Shown here piece by piece: positions 28,759-42,199 of a stretch of DNA of 64,000 bases. A model generated the notes under the pieces. It saw nothing but the letters and a program-made list of their open reading frames with translations, did not search any database and had not been told where the DNA came from. The stretch comes from Octopus sinensis (Eukaryota). Location of the stretch: assembly GCF_006345805.1 (NCBI RefSeq), contig NC_043001.1:94488001-94552000 (forward strand), in the 5' to 3' direction. Position numbers and translations under genes: made by a program. The first letter of the stretch is position 1. Each line of letters opens with the position of its first letter.

Positions 28759-29564
28759 GATTTACTAGAAATTAAATGTAAGTTTCAAGGAGGTGGGAAT
28801 AGATGTTTGTGGCGACCTGTGCGTGCATATGTACACGTATGTACATATGCACATATGTAATTTATATGTTTATATATCGACTTCTTGAAATTTTACGGCT
28901 TATCATTTACTACATATGAAGTATATGTAGATGTTAATATCCAAAGCATTACAATGGTGGATCTGTAAAGAAATCCGAGTAAAGATTGATAATAAATACA
29001 GCGTATATAATTAAGCATTCTGTATTCTCCATTAAATCTCACGTAGTATATGTAAAAATAAACTAATTTTATTTTATATCAGCTTGATTTAACGTCTATA
29101 GATTTATCTAAATCCCACTTCAGAAAGATGTTGCTTTTGTCACATTTTGAAAACAGTACTCTGCTTTTCCTTTTTTTGAATTATGATATGCGTTTGGTAG
29201 AATGTTTCTTGTCACAAATATTTGGGACCTCGAAGATGGTAATATTAAATTTGATTTAAGTTGGGACTTCATTAGATACGGCTGCAGACTTTGCTGCCTG
29301 AAGCTATTTGAAATTTTATGGAGATCTAATAAGGAAATTCTGCTAAATAATAAACTAGACCTTCGCCTTTTCTGTATATATAAGGCTACCTGGACGTTCA
29401 AGTACTTTAAGTAAAGTAAACAACCTCTGTAATAGACCCAGTCTAAGTCCAATCAAATGTACTCCCCATTTATCTCACAAATTAGCCTCTCGATCTTCCT
29501 AATCGTTTCTCGGCCCTCTTAGTCTCATTTTCCCGTTACCAATACCTATTTCTTTACTACCTAC

Positions 29565-29778
29565 AAGGGGCTAAACACAGAAAGGAGGAAAACATGGACA
29601 TACAAATGGATTAAGTCGATTAAATCGACCCCAGTTTGTAACTGGTACTTATTTAATCGACTACGAAAGGATGAAAGGCAAAGTTAACCTCGGCGGAATT
29701 TGAACTCAGAACGTAACGGCAGACGAAATACGGCTACGCATTTTGCCCGGCGTGCTAACGTTTCTGCCAGCTCGCCGC
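29565..29778 (-). mobile_element. SINE (family A; further pieces at ~150-290, 5578-5650, 5655-5795, 7870-8162, 18793-18910)
   Basis: Shared GGCGAGCTGGCAGAAACGTTAGC...TTCAAATTCCGCCGAGG motif. Confidence 0.8.
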
Positions 29779-30528
29779 CTATCCCGTTACCAATACCATT
29801 AATGCTACTAATATACTTACGTGTGTGCCATATTGAAGGAACGAAGCATTCTATATGTGATATACCCGGCATTACACAACAATGATGACAGTGATACTCA
29901 ACTGCCAGTAACAGCGTGGACACCCTAGACAGTTCGTTTCAGTTTCAAATACATGTGTACCTCTTTCACCAACAAACAGGTTTTAAGCAGCGGTCGGTAT
30001 ATGGTGGACAGAACACACTATTCTAAATTCTAATCCGCGACTATTGATATTAGTTGCTTCTCTTGATTCATAAGAAATAATTATGTCAACAAATTTTGAT
30101 ATTTCAAAGTTCATCAGGCCTAGTATTGATAGTAATGTTTGTTTATCTCCTCTAACTCTCTCTATGCTACTACTTACGTATTTATTGAGGAATGGCATTA
30201 AACGTGCACAGGTATTGACTGATTTATGATAAAGCCAAAACAAATCAGCCCAGAGTTGCCTCTCGCATTAACCGTAAGATGCAAGAAATGCATGAGCTGC
30301 CAAGTGTGTCCTTACATATATTTACGATAAGAGATTTTTTTCTTCCCTTGATTTCGATAATTTTAAATCCAGGCAACTCAGTTGAGGAAAAACTGTATTC
30401 CAACAAGGTTATGTGCTATGAGTTGGGAGTCTTCATAGGGTGTATTCCGAGAGATGAATTCTGAATTTTATGCTAGTCTCCTGACAAAGGTGTTGTTATT
30501 CACAATGTGCAAATGATGTAGCACTCAC

Positions 30529-30606
30529 AGTTGGTTGGTGAGAATACTCTTTGGATGTTTTAAGACGGTCCCAAGGGTTCCCTCAAATGTTGCAATGTAA
30601 TGTTCT
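30529..30606 (-). CDS. Candidate 78-nt internal exon of an unidentified gene (EHYIATFEGTLGTVLKHPKSILTNQ)
   Basis: Branch point CTAAC plus GTTTTCCTTTAG acceptor; CT|GTGAGT donor; one open frame. Confidence 0.3.
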
Positions 30607-31127
30607 CTAAAGGAAAACCACAGTTAGCAATACTGTTCTTCATAGTATTGCTAGGACACAATCTGAAAAAAGAGAAATAACGATAACTACATCTGTGCAT
30701 AAAAAGGTTCTGAGGGGGCCGAAGATCGCCTTGCTGGTCATAAAGACTTTATGCTTGATATATGAACTCTAACGGTAATTTCACAGCATTATAACGATGA
30801 ACCGTATATATTGATGAACTTTTCTGTTTGGATCAATCTGATTTATTTCAAAGTTTGTAAAACACCAATTAAGATGTATTAGTAAATACGTGTCTGTAGT
30901 TAATTTTAGATAATTTTTCAGTATGATATTTTATGTCCATCTCTAGGATGGTTATTTAGTAGGGAGGAAAAGGATTACAATAAACTCATGGATTAAATCG
31001 TAAGGCAATGACGAATTAAATTAGCAAAAAATTGAAGTTAGAGGGGAGTAAAGTAATACTAATAAGACTTTGGTAGATAGCGGAAAAGCATAATTATTAT
31101 TCAGTGACATAACCTTAGGCGCATATA

Positions 31128-31194
<67 letters not shown>

Positions 31195-31217
<23 letters not shown>

Positions 31218-31244
31218 AGATAGATAGATAGATAGATAGATAGG

Positions 31245-31300
<56 letters not shown>
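31195..31300. repeat. (GA)n/(GATA)n microsatellite
   Basis: Direct inspection. Confidence 0.95.
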
Positions 31301-31621
31301 CATAAAAGGCCGTTGTCCGTGCAACATCGATATTCCTCCCTGTGTTTGTGAAATCTTGTATCCCTGCGTAAGGCTTCATTTCCATACATGCCAGCTTAAT
31401 TTAATTCGTCCTTAGTCGAAAGACATCTGTTGTTATGTCTGGTTAGTATTTTTGTTGTATTTGTGTAACATTGTCCGTTTTATTCCGTCCTTGATTTTGT
31501 ATATATTCGCTTCTCTCTTCCAAGGATTCTAATGCTCTTAACCTAGGTGTTCCTTGGGGATGGCTAGATTGCAGCAATCTCAAGTATAATCAGCCGAAAT
31601 TGCGAAGATAATCTCGTACTT

Positions 31622-31900
31622 ATCTCTATATATAAAACTGAAATGCGTTTTTACCGCTTGGATCGCTTTCAATGCCACTACGTCTCGTCCGATTCGCTCC
31701 AAAATTTACAGGGACATGTAGAATGAGGTGACGATGCTCGTGGGCTACCTTAGAAATCCCTATCTTAAAAGGTGTGGTTGCTAGGGTCCATCTTCCTCAC
31801 TCACGCTATTTCCTCCTTCCCCTCTCTTACTCCCCTTCATTTACAATGTTGACAATGTCCACTCCCGTTATTTAATGTATTCCCCTCAACTCCCTTTCAC
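31622..31900 (+). mobile_element. Probable non-autonomous Helitron 5' fragment
   Basis: Starts ATCTCTATATATAAAAC; no 3' hairpin seen. Confidence 0.45.
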
Positions 31901-32033
31901 TTTGCCTTTATAAGGTCGTCAGACGGCTTTCTTTGATGTATCTGTCGGTATTCATAGGGAGAATTATCATCGCTACAAATAACACGCAATCATGAGAACA
32001 AATATTATGAATCAGATATTCATTGCGTTCATT

Positions 32034-32068
<35 letters not shown>

Positions 32069-32367
32069 TTGTGTGTGTTCGATATATAAATATGTATATA
32101 TAATGTATATATACAAAGTGTATATATCTGTATTTATGTATATTAAACGTTTTAATACTTTTTGATAGTTATATATATTTTTAAACAAATTATAAATATA
32201 ATTTAATAATTTTTATTTTAAATATGAATAATTTAAATTTTTCAATTTTATATATTTTCTATATTATACTTTTCTTTTTATGTTTTTTTTTTTTTTTTTG
32301 CCTATTAGTGGTTTTATCACTAATTTAATTATACATATATATATATAATTTGTATATATAATGCGTG

Positions 32368-32422
<55 letters not shown>

Positions 32423-32426
<4 letters not shown>

Positions 32427-33050
32427 TCATCATCGTTTAACGTCCCTTTTCCGCGCTAACATGGGTTGGACGGTTTGACCGGGGTCTGGGAAGCCAGGGG
32501 CTGCACCAGGCTCCAGTCTGATCTTGCAGTGTTTCTACGGCTGGATGCCCTTCCTAACGCCAACCACTCCGCGAGTGTAGTGGGTGCTTTTTACGTGCCA
32601 CCTGCACAGGTACCAGGAGGGGGGGCTGGCATCGACCACGATCGGTTGGTGCTTTTAACGTACCACCGGCACGGAAGCCAGCCAAGGCGGCGCTGGCATC
32701 GGTCACGTTCGGATGGTGCTTTTTATGTGCCACCGGCACAGAAGCCAGTCGAGGCGGCGCTGGCATCGGCCACGTTCGGATGGTGCTTTTTATGTGCCAC
32801 CAGCACAGGTATCACAACTAATATTTCCATTGATATTTATTTCGATGTTCATGTACTTGACTGAACAGGCCTCCTCATGCACAGCGGGGTGTTCTGGAAT
32901 CCAAGGTACTTTGAATGGGCAGGGGCTATGCGGAACTGGTGCAGGAAGCAGCCCGGGTCTTTGCAGTCACAGCATATCTCTAGAGATCTCGGTCCTTCGC
33001 CATTGCCTCAGTGAGGCCCCAGTGCATTATGTGGTCGGTCGGTTCATGCA
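32423..33050 (-). mobile_element. RTE-type LINE 3' end with ~57-60 bp internal tandem repeats and (ATG)n tail
   Basis: Minus strand GLTEAMAKDRDL*RYAV; GGATGCCCTTCCTAACGCCAACC motif; repeated GGTGCTTTTTATGTGCCAC units. Confidence 0.8.
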
Positions 33051-33060
33051 CACCTATGAA

Positions 33061-34132
33061 CCCTTTCGTTACTATATTTCTGACCAAAAATACACCCCTT
33101 ATGTGTTTCAATTAATTTCTAACATAATCATAAATTTAGTCTGGTTTCATTAAACAACTATAACTTTTTTATTTATCAATATATTAATGTGATTTTTGGA
33201 AGATAATTTAATGAAATGTTCTCAACCAATTCTATACTATAATTTTTGTCACAAAGTGACACTAATTACAGGTAGATACAGGTAAATTCAACAAAATATA
33301 AATTTATTAAAATTTTGTTCAAACATCGCTATAGAAAATGGGTTATTAGCTAATATTCAATTGGGTATACAACAAAATTTTACGATAGATTTTCTTATTC
33401 TGGGTAACTTTCTGATATCCATAATAATATTTATGGCAAAATAGTCTTAATTTCATTTAAGGTTGTGGGAAACCACTAACTATCCTTTCTTTCGCTTTGT
33501 TTACATTTAGCGTAACGGTTCGTTTCCGCCGTAATGATTTCAAATAGGCTCATTCGAAAAAGTAAAAAGAAATAGTCAAAGGCTTTACTCTCCTGGGAAA
33601 GTCTATGGCTTGGTCCAGTTTCTTCAGAAAAATCAGCGAAAGAAAGTTTTTCAATTTTCACTCCATTCAGGTGCCAATTCATTTTCTTTATCGCTGTCGG
33701 AGCTCTCGGATTCACTGTTTTCACTTTCGGAAAATGAAACATCAGATTCATTATCAAATACCACGTGCTTTTTTTTCAGTCATAGAGTTAGATTTATCAA
33801 GGTCTTCAGTAGAAAATCCTTCGAATTCTGACTCGCTGCTTGATATGATGAAATTCGTATCCATTTTTTGTCAGAATTACAAATTTTGAAAACACAATAG
33901 GAACAAATTTCGGAAAAAAATCTCCCAAAATTCACGAAATTAAAATTACACTTCGATCCTTGTACAAAAGTATATATGAACTGTTTATAAAGTTTTCACG
34001 AATGTACTAAAGAGATTGGCTCTGATATTCTCATTTAAATATGAATAGGTAAATACGGACGGGTTTGGGCGGTTTGGTCACATTAACCAAAAGTTTTTTC
34101 GGGCGGCTTTGGCCGGTTTGGTAACGAAAGCG
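33061..34132 (-). mobile_element. piggyBac internal-deletion derivative
   Basis: TIRs CCCTTTCGTTAC / GTAACGAAAGCG; right flank TTAA, left flank TGAA. Minus-strand peptide F...GP...DYFFLLF...I.AETNRYA matches the piggyBac N-terminus. Confidence 0.85.
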
Positions 34133-34899
34133 TTAAAAGTGCTGGCAAGTTTGCATGACAACTATTTTTTTCCTCAGATGAAAGGCGTCACCTCTAGGAC
34201 AAAATTCCTCATCTTATAAAATGTGGCCCCAGTAGACCCGAATGAAATCAGGTTACATTAACCAAAAGGTGAAAAGGAGTATAAATGGGGCTGGAAGGGG
34301 ATTAAAATTTAAAGGAGCGAGTGTTTAGGAATTCTCTGTTACATCAAGCTAAAAAATTTGCGCCAGCCTTTTAATCTTCAATGTGTTGCTGTCCATGATG
34401 AAGAGGTTTTGAATGCTTGCCATGGTGAGTCTACTGTCGTGAGAAAGTATCACTTCAAAACTTGGTGTTTACAAATTTTCTGTTACATCAAGTTCAAAAT
34501 TTTACGCCAGCCGTTAAACTGTCAATACGTTGCTGTCCGTCGTGAAGAAATGCCAGCCATGGTGACTCTATTATCCTCAGATTCTATCCCTTCAAACTTT
34601 GGTTTCCAATATTTTATTATTTTTATTCAGCTCGCAAGTTCGTCTGTCCCTTTTAAATGTTAGCGTTTTGCTGTCTGCCTTGAAGCAGACCTTTCCGTTG
34701 CCACTGCCTCATATTTCTGATTGATCTTTCTAAATATTTTATTTCTCAACTTACTCAAGATCTTTTGTTGTTTATAAATGGGAGAAAGATAGATAAAGAT
34801 AGAGAGTAAGAGAAAGCGAGGGAGAGTCCGAGAGAAAAGAAAAGTAAGAGAGTGGGAAAGTGAGAGAGAAAGGAGAGAGAAACAAAGAGGGACAATCAT

Positions 34900-35208
34900 C
34901 ATCATCATCATGATCGTTTAACGTCCGTTTTCCGTGCTAGCACGGGTTGGACAGTTTGACCAGGGTCTGGGAAGCCAGGCGGCTGCACCAGACTCCAGTC
35001 TGATCTGGCAGTGTTTCTACAGGTGGATGATCTTCCTAACGCCAACCACTCTGTAAGTGTAGTGGGTGCTTTTTTCGTGCCTCTGGCACAGGTGCCAGGG
35101 GGGCTCGCAGCGGCAACGATCGGTTGGTACTTTTTACGTGCCATTGGCACAGAAGCCAGTCAAGGCGGCGCTGCAATCGACCACGTTCGGATGGTGCTTT
35201 TTACGTGC
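34900..35208 (-). mobile_element. Second copy of the RTE-type 3' UTR
   Basis: Aligns to 32423-32730. Confidence 0.8.
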
Positions 35209-36061
35209 TGAAAGGAAGCAACAGAAAGTAACAACCACACTCTTACCCGCGTGTAGAGCGGGTCACCTTCAGCTAGTATATATATATATATAAGCACCTA
35301 TATTCGTCAGTAAATAATGGTGTTTGTTACGCTAAGTAAGGTTAGAGCTAACAACGATACACCGATGAACACACTCATTTTACTCGATTTCAAGAAATAA
35401 GCGGTACATTGCTATTGTCCAGAATGTTACTCAAATTTCTCCTAATGCTAGAATGCGATATGTGTGTGCGCTCGTGTGAATCTATATGTGTGTGTGTGCG
35501 TTTGTGAAGGTGTGATGCGCGAATGTTTTTATGTATGTATATACATATATATATATATAACGAGACGAGAGTCAAAGAAATATAATATATAATATATTAT
35601 AAATGCAGTATATATATTTTGCGATTCAGTTTAGCAATAAAATATAAAATCACTCGATTACCAATTCTATTACATATTCACTATTTATATTATATTTATA
35701 TAAGAAAAGAAAAACACAACAAATTTTGTCTCTGAAGATAGATAATGCTTTCGTGTGTCGTATAATATATTCCTTAATTTTTGTGTTTATTTGAAAATTC
35801 ATAGAAAATTGTGAAATCATAGCATTTATAATATTTTCCAGCTAAAAAAAGAGAACATAAAAATTAAAGTAAAAAAAAAAAATGTTTGGTTTACGTTTAC
35901 GGCTGGTTCACTGATTTACGTTACAGATCCTCAGATTTCCTCCCATGTTGAGTTATTGCACATAACATATATCTCTGTTTCACTATATTCATTTCGCAAC
36001 GGAGGGAAGCAAACACATACACACACATACAGACACATATATGTATACATACATTCACAAT

Positions 36062-36350
36062 CATGAGGTAGTGAGTTCTATTCCCGGAGTGGACTGTGTG
36101 TTGTGTTCTTGAGCAAAGCAATTTATTTCACGCTGTTTTAGTTCATTCAGCTGTTGAAATGAGTAGCGATATCACGGGTGCAAAGCTGTATCGGCTTTTG
36201 CTTTTCCCTTGGAGAACAGCAGAGTTGCGGAAAGGTGAGGCCGGCGTGCATAGGTGACTGCTGGTTTTCCATAAATAAATTTGCCCAATTTGTGCCTTGG
36301 AGGGGAGGATTCTAGTTGCAAGCCATGGTCATTCATGACCGAAGGGCGTC
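36062..36350 (+). mobile_element. SINE (family C)
   Basis: Aligns to the reverse complement of 37381-37715. Confidence 0.8.
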
Positions 36351-36779
36351 TTATGAGTGGGCGAATGGCCTAGAACTTAGTGTGTTACAGTCAAGATCTA
36401 GTGACCTTGGTTTCAATTTCTAAAAACTTTATTTCACTTTACTCTGCGATCACTTCGTCACCGGAGGCTTGAGCCACTGCGTTTCACGATATTTTGATCA
36501 ATACAGATCGTTCAGCAAAAGAAAACACAGGATGATCAGTTAATTATGATTTTATGCAACATATCTCACAGATCTATTGCACCGGTCCTTCCGATTTTCT
36601 AAACGAAATGTTGCACCTCCAGCAAGGAATTTCGTGATAGCCATATATATATATATATATATATAATATATATATATATTTATACGTACACACACACACA
36701 CACAAACAAACAAACATATATATATATATATATTATATATATATATATATATATTTATACGTACACACACAAACAAACA

Positions 36780-36828
<49 letters not shown>

Positions 36829-37046
36829 ATATAAGTTCAATCGGAGGTTAAATAAGTCTCATCAAAGGATAATAATATCCAATGAATTTACTGGTTTATT
36901 ATCTACTGTTTATTTTGAATACTAATTTTAATACTCATAAATTGATAATTAAAGGAACAGAGGTCAATATTTATTTAAGAAGAGTAAGGAAATAGAGATA
37001 AATTAATTAATAATTATAGTTATTAATTGCAAATTAGACTTAATTA

Positions 37047-40000
37047 GACAGCTGTTTCGATTCAGATTTTAATTAAAATAATTTAATTATTATAACCTAG
37101 AATCTTGTCGGAGGTAGAAAAAGATACACCATAACATTTTTTTATGTTTTTATATGTTAATTTTACAGAACATTTCAGCTAACTGAGTATTGTTTTATAG
37201 ATCAATTGTGTGCAGACCTTATAAAGGGGGCAAATGAAGTATATTTAGAAAAAATAAATATGAAATATAATATAAAGTATACTCTGGGTATTCATTAAAA
37301 AGTGTACATATAAATAACATATAGTAATTAACCGTGTATTTATGCATGATCTTAATGTTGGGGCAAATATGTTTATGCTGAGACCCACTTCGGTCATGAC
37401 TGACCATGGGATTGCACCTAGAAAGTTACCCTCCCAGGCACAAGTCCGTGCAAGGTTGTTTATGGAAGACCAGCAGTCGCCCATGCATACCGGTTTCTCT
37501 TGTCCACGCCACTAGTGCTATCCAAGGGAAAGGCAATGGCCGATACAGCTTGGCACCTGTGACGCCGCAACTCATTTCGACAGCTGAGTGAACTGGCGCA
37601 ATGTGAAATAAAGTGTCTTGCTCAAGAACACAACACGCAGCCCGGTCCGGGATTCGAATACAAAACCTCACGATCGTAAGCTCGACGCACTAACCACTGA
37701 GCCATGCGCCTTCACTATGTTTATAAGAATTTAAATAATTAGGGTGTATAAATTCATAAGTATAAATAAGAAATGGATTGAATTATATAGCTAAATTTAT
37801 ATATATTTGAATGCATGTATCCATATGAATACATTCAAATATTTATGCATATAGAAATACATTAAAAATATAACAAAATAAGATAAAAATAAATGGGCAC
37901 TTAAATATTTCTAAATATGCAGGGTGTTCAAAATGTCGCTCTGCAACGAATTTCTTGTCGCCTCTCTCTCCAAGAATTAGGCTCCCCAAAATGTATTTCA
38001 AAACATGTGTAGAAGAGTAAACTTTTCTATAGAAAATGGAAGACGTCGTTTACAATACTTCTTATAAAGTTTATTTTAAGTCTTGTAACGTCTAATATAT
38101 TATTTTGTAGTCTTATACAATCTTATGTATATTCTTTTTGCAATGAAGTAATTACTGGGGAAAGACCTTTTGAACACCATGTATTTACGCGTTCATACAT
38201 AATAAATACAGCTAAACATCTACTGTTACTCTTTTACTTGTTTAAGTCATTTGACTGTGGCCGTGCTGGAGCACCACCTTTAAATGAGCATATTCCCCAA
38301 GCGGGGAAATATCTGTATAAGATCACATGCAAAATATTGTATAAATATATATTTGTACAAATATTACGTTACTAGTTTGATTCATACACAAAACTTTACT
38401 CATGTTCAAATAGGGTTCAACAAAAATACAAATAAAACATTTATAAGAATTTTAAAATTTAAGGGATAAAATGTTTATATGTGCGATGTAAAATATAATA
38501 AATAAATAAACAAACAAAACCGAAAAACAGAGTTAATATTATGTGTATAAATAAGAGAGCAAGGAAAGAATCTCTTATATCAAAGAAAAATATTTTATAG
38601 GTTTTTGTTTGGAGAGAACATGAAGGTTTGTGCAAAAAATATAGTAGTTAAGGAGAAGTAAATATAGATAATTGATTAATTAGAAGAAAGTATATACAAA
38701 AATTATTATAGATAAAAACTTACATTTTTAAACTAACGTTTTTTTAATATATCTGCATAAATAAATAAATAGAAAAAGTAAATAATAGTAAGGTAAAAAA
38801 TATATTGGGGTAAAGAAGGAAAATATTAAGAAGTAAATCTTAGATAGGGAGAAAACATGCAAATTAAAACTAATTATATTGATAATAAGTAATGGGGAAA
38901 TATAAATTAGCAATAATAAAATTATATTAATAATTACTACTATTAAGCATGTATTAAAAGAAAATAGGGAGAATACATATAGAGGAGATATAAAGAGGGA
39001 TGTAATGTTCCTTGGAAGAGGGTTTAAAATTTATATAAAAGGATATATAAATCTAAGTCAAAATATCAATGTATGTGATTAATAATAGAATACTGTATGG
39101 GAACAATTAATACGTAGCTCAATTTATCATCAATAATAAAAGTAATAGACTTAATATGTGTGACTATAGTGGTGGGAAAGATAATTAAATACTTATTGTC
39201 AAGTTCTTTATATTTAGAAAATGCATATTCTCCCTTGTGTAAATAATACTGTTTTTTTTATCTCTGAGGCTAAGAAGAGGTAATTTTGCAGAGAGAATAA
39301 AAAATATTTCAGTTAAACAAAGACAACATTATTTTATTATTAAATTCTTTTATTTTGTTCGATTGTTTATTTATTTATATTTTACATTGCACACATTACT
39401 CATTTTATCCCTTAAATATAAAAAAGACTTATAAAGTTTTTTCTTTACTGCAAGATATTGTTCCTTGTTCTCCTTATTTATACATATAAGAGTGATTCCA
39501 TTTTTTTTCTTTTATTTTTTTTTTCTTTACTTATTTATGTTCATAATCCTCAAATGAAGTAAACGCTATTAATTTTGAAAGTATGACCATTAGACTCTCT
39601 GTATAATATTTGATTAATACAAAATAGATATAGCGGTGTCAGTTTTTACTAAATGAATACGTATAATAAATACATATTTATTTATTTACTTTTGTAATTT
39701 TATTTTTATTTTTATTGAACCCTATTTCAACATAAACAAATTCTTGCGTATGAATATAAGTACTAATATAATAGTACAAATATATATTTATAGAATTACT
39801 TGCATGTGAATTTATACAGACATTTATATGTATTTATTATGTATGAATGCGTAAAAATATATAGGTATATGTACAAGATGATATAATTTAAGTGCCCATT
39901 ACTATTAAATTTATTAATATATTTTTATGTTATTTTATATGTATAAGTATTTGAATGTATTTATATCCATTGATTCATTCAAATGTATATAAATTTATCT

Positions 40001-40380
40001 ATAAATCTATCCATTTATTATTTTTACTTACCAATTTATACGCCATTCTTATTCAAAACTTTATAAGCATATTTACCACAATATTAATATGATACTTTAA
40101 TACACGGTTAATTCTATGTATTGTTTATCTCTATACTTTTAATGATTTTCCAGAGTATATTATATATGATATTTCACATTTACTTTTCTAAATATACTAC
40201 TTTACCCCTTTATAAGGTATTTTCCAAATTTATCTATAAACCAATACTCAGTTAGCTGAAATGTTCCGTTCTGTTAACACATACAAACGTAATGGTGTAT
40301 CTACCCCCGAAAAGATTCTCTTTTATAATGGTTTGTTTATTTTAATTAAGGTATTTAGAATCTGAATCGAAACAGCTATC
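37047..40380. mobile_element. Old element with long diverged inverted arms (37047-37906 / 39886-40380), possibly a decayed Penelope
   Basis: Arms align as reverse complements (for example ACAGCTGTTTCGATTCAGATT, CATTTCAGCTAACTGAGTATTG, AAATGGGCACTTAAAT). The left arm is interrupted by a SINE. Confidence 0.65.
37381..37715 (-). mobile_element. tRNA-derived SINE (family C) with 9-bp TSD
   Basis: A/B boxes; TTGAGCAAGACACTTTATTTCAC core; TSD TATGTTTAT at 37368-37376 and 37716-37724. Confidence 0.88.
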
Positions 40381-40623
40381 AGGGAGTATTCTGTTATTCT
40401 TTTAATTGTTTCATTCATTTTAAAGCAGCCATACTTGAGCACTGCCTTCATTCGAGCGAATAGACCCCAAAACTTATTCTCTGTAAGCCTAGTTCTTATT
40501 CTATTGCTCTCTTTTCCCGGACCGCTATGTTACGGAAACATAATCTTACGAGCATTGGTTGTCAAGCGATGTTGTGGGGAAAAACACAGACACACAATCA
40601 TACACACACAATTAACATATGTG

Positions 40624-40671
<48 letters not shown>

Positions 40672-40747
40672 ATTGTGTGTCTGTGTTTTTCCGCACAACA
40701 TCGCTTGATAACCAATGCTCGTGAGATTATATATATATACGACGAGA

Positions 40748-40898
40748 TTCTTTCAGTTTCCGTTATTCAAATCCACTCACAAGCTTTGGTAGGCCCGATG
40801 TTATAGTAAACGACACTTGCTGAAGGTGACACGCATTGGGACTGAACCTGGAAACATCTGGTTGTTAAGGAAGCTACTTATCACACACCCACTTCTGC
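40748..40898 (-). mobile_element. MIR/CORE-like SINE fragment (family B; also ~6708-6825, 16925-17048, 20618-20680)
   Basis: Shared CAAATCCACTCAC...GACACTTGC.CAAGG...GGGACTGAACC motif. Confidence 0.7.
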
Positions 40899-40977
40899 GA
40901 TTTGTCTATTTTTGTAACTAATGTATAAAATTTATTATTTTTATTGTTCTTGTACTTCTTTTTCTAATTTCCCTTCC

Positions 40978-41200
40978 ATCTCCTCCTCCTCCTCCTCCTC
41001 CGCCATCTTCTTCTTATTCTCCCTCTTCTTTGTTTTTCTTGTACTTCTTTCTCTATTTCCTCTCCCCCTTCTTCTTCTCCTCCTTCTTCTATTTCTTGTT
41101 CCACTCCCTCTCTTTCTCTCCTTCTTCTTCTCCTTCTTCTTCTTCTTCTTTTCTTCTTCTTCTTCTTCTTCTTCTTCTTCTTCTTCTCTTCTACTTTTCG
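40978..41200. repeat. (CCT/CTT)n microsatellite
   Basis: Direct inspection. Confidence 0.9.
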
Positions 41201-41663
41201 TTCTACTTCTTTCCGATTCATCTCCTCCCTGTCCACTTTCTCCCTTTCCTCCTCGTTCTACTCCATTTTTTTCTGCCGATCGTCATTCTCTCCGTTCCTT
41301 CCATTTCTCCCTGCTATCAACCTCTTGCGTCCTCTCCCGTCCCGCATAATATCTACCAACTTACTCAGTCTGCATCCACACTTTAAATTGTTTTCTCTTT
41401 CCTTCTCCCTCCCAATACTTTCCTAACAACTATGTCTGATGGACGCACAATGTAATAGCACACCTTTGCTGTAAGTCTGATGAAGTGCCTCTCCAATGTC
41501 TAAAACAGCAAATATGTGATATTTCGTCTAGAATTTGCGCATAAACTGGCGTTGCAAATGGAGATGTTACGGAAACGATTTTACCTTATAATGAAAGATG
41601 TGTTAAAATTTTTCTTTGAATTGTTTACATTGGATTGTATGTATGTATATATATATATAATAT

Positions 41664-41735
<72 letters not shown>

Positions 41736-41737
<2 letters not shown>

Positions 41738-41941
41738 CACAATCAAGGAACGGCCATAATAGGCCATTCACCCACTAGAAATAACAGCCAAAGCTTCAAC
41801 CGCAAAATAACATCAATTACAGGGTAAATGTTTTTTTAATTTTCTCCTGGTTTACGGAATTGATGTTATTTTGCGGTTGAAGCATTTGGCTGTTATTTCT
41901 AGTGGGTGAATGGCCTATTATGGCCGTTCCTTGATTGTGAT
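41736..41941. repeat. Inverted duplication at the 5' end of the array (arms 41736-41818 and 41858-41941)
   Basis: ATCACAATCAAGG...AACATCAATT is the reverse complement of AATTGATGTT...CCTTGATTGTGAT (about 83 bp). Confidence 0.95.
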
Positions 41942-42199
41942 GTTGAACTTAAAAATGGTCTATGACTATTTAATTTTTTCCCACTAGGCCGCTGGTGGCA
42001 AAAAAATTCTACAAAATTTTTTGGCACCCTATATTGATTAATTATGAATTTTCTGGTTAATTCCGTAATGGAATCGGCGGCTTATATCTATTTGCTGCCG
42101 ATAAATTTGGCGCGAGTGCGATGATTTGAAAATTTTAGGTCAGATATTGCCGAGGCAGGGAAGGAAATGCCTCGTGAAAATATCTGTTCCGACTTGGCT

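Noticed and set aside
30178-30218. Second minus-strand exon continuing 30529-30606
   Set aside because: The phase-compatible frame stops within the exon, so no coherent gene model results.
31300-31620. Additional HHR in this Penelope-like terminal repeat fragment
   Set aside because: It resembles the 53.5-kb repeat, but no CUGANGA/GAAA core remains.
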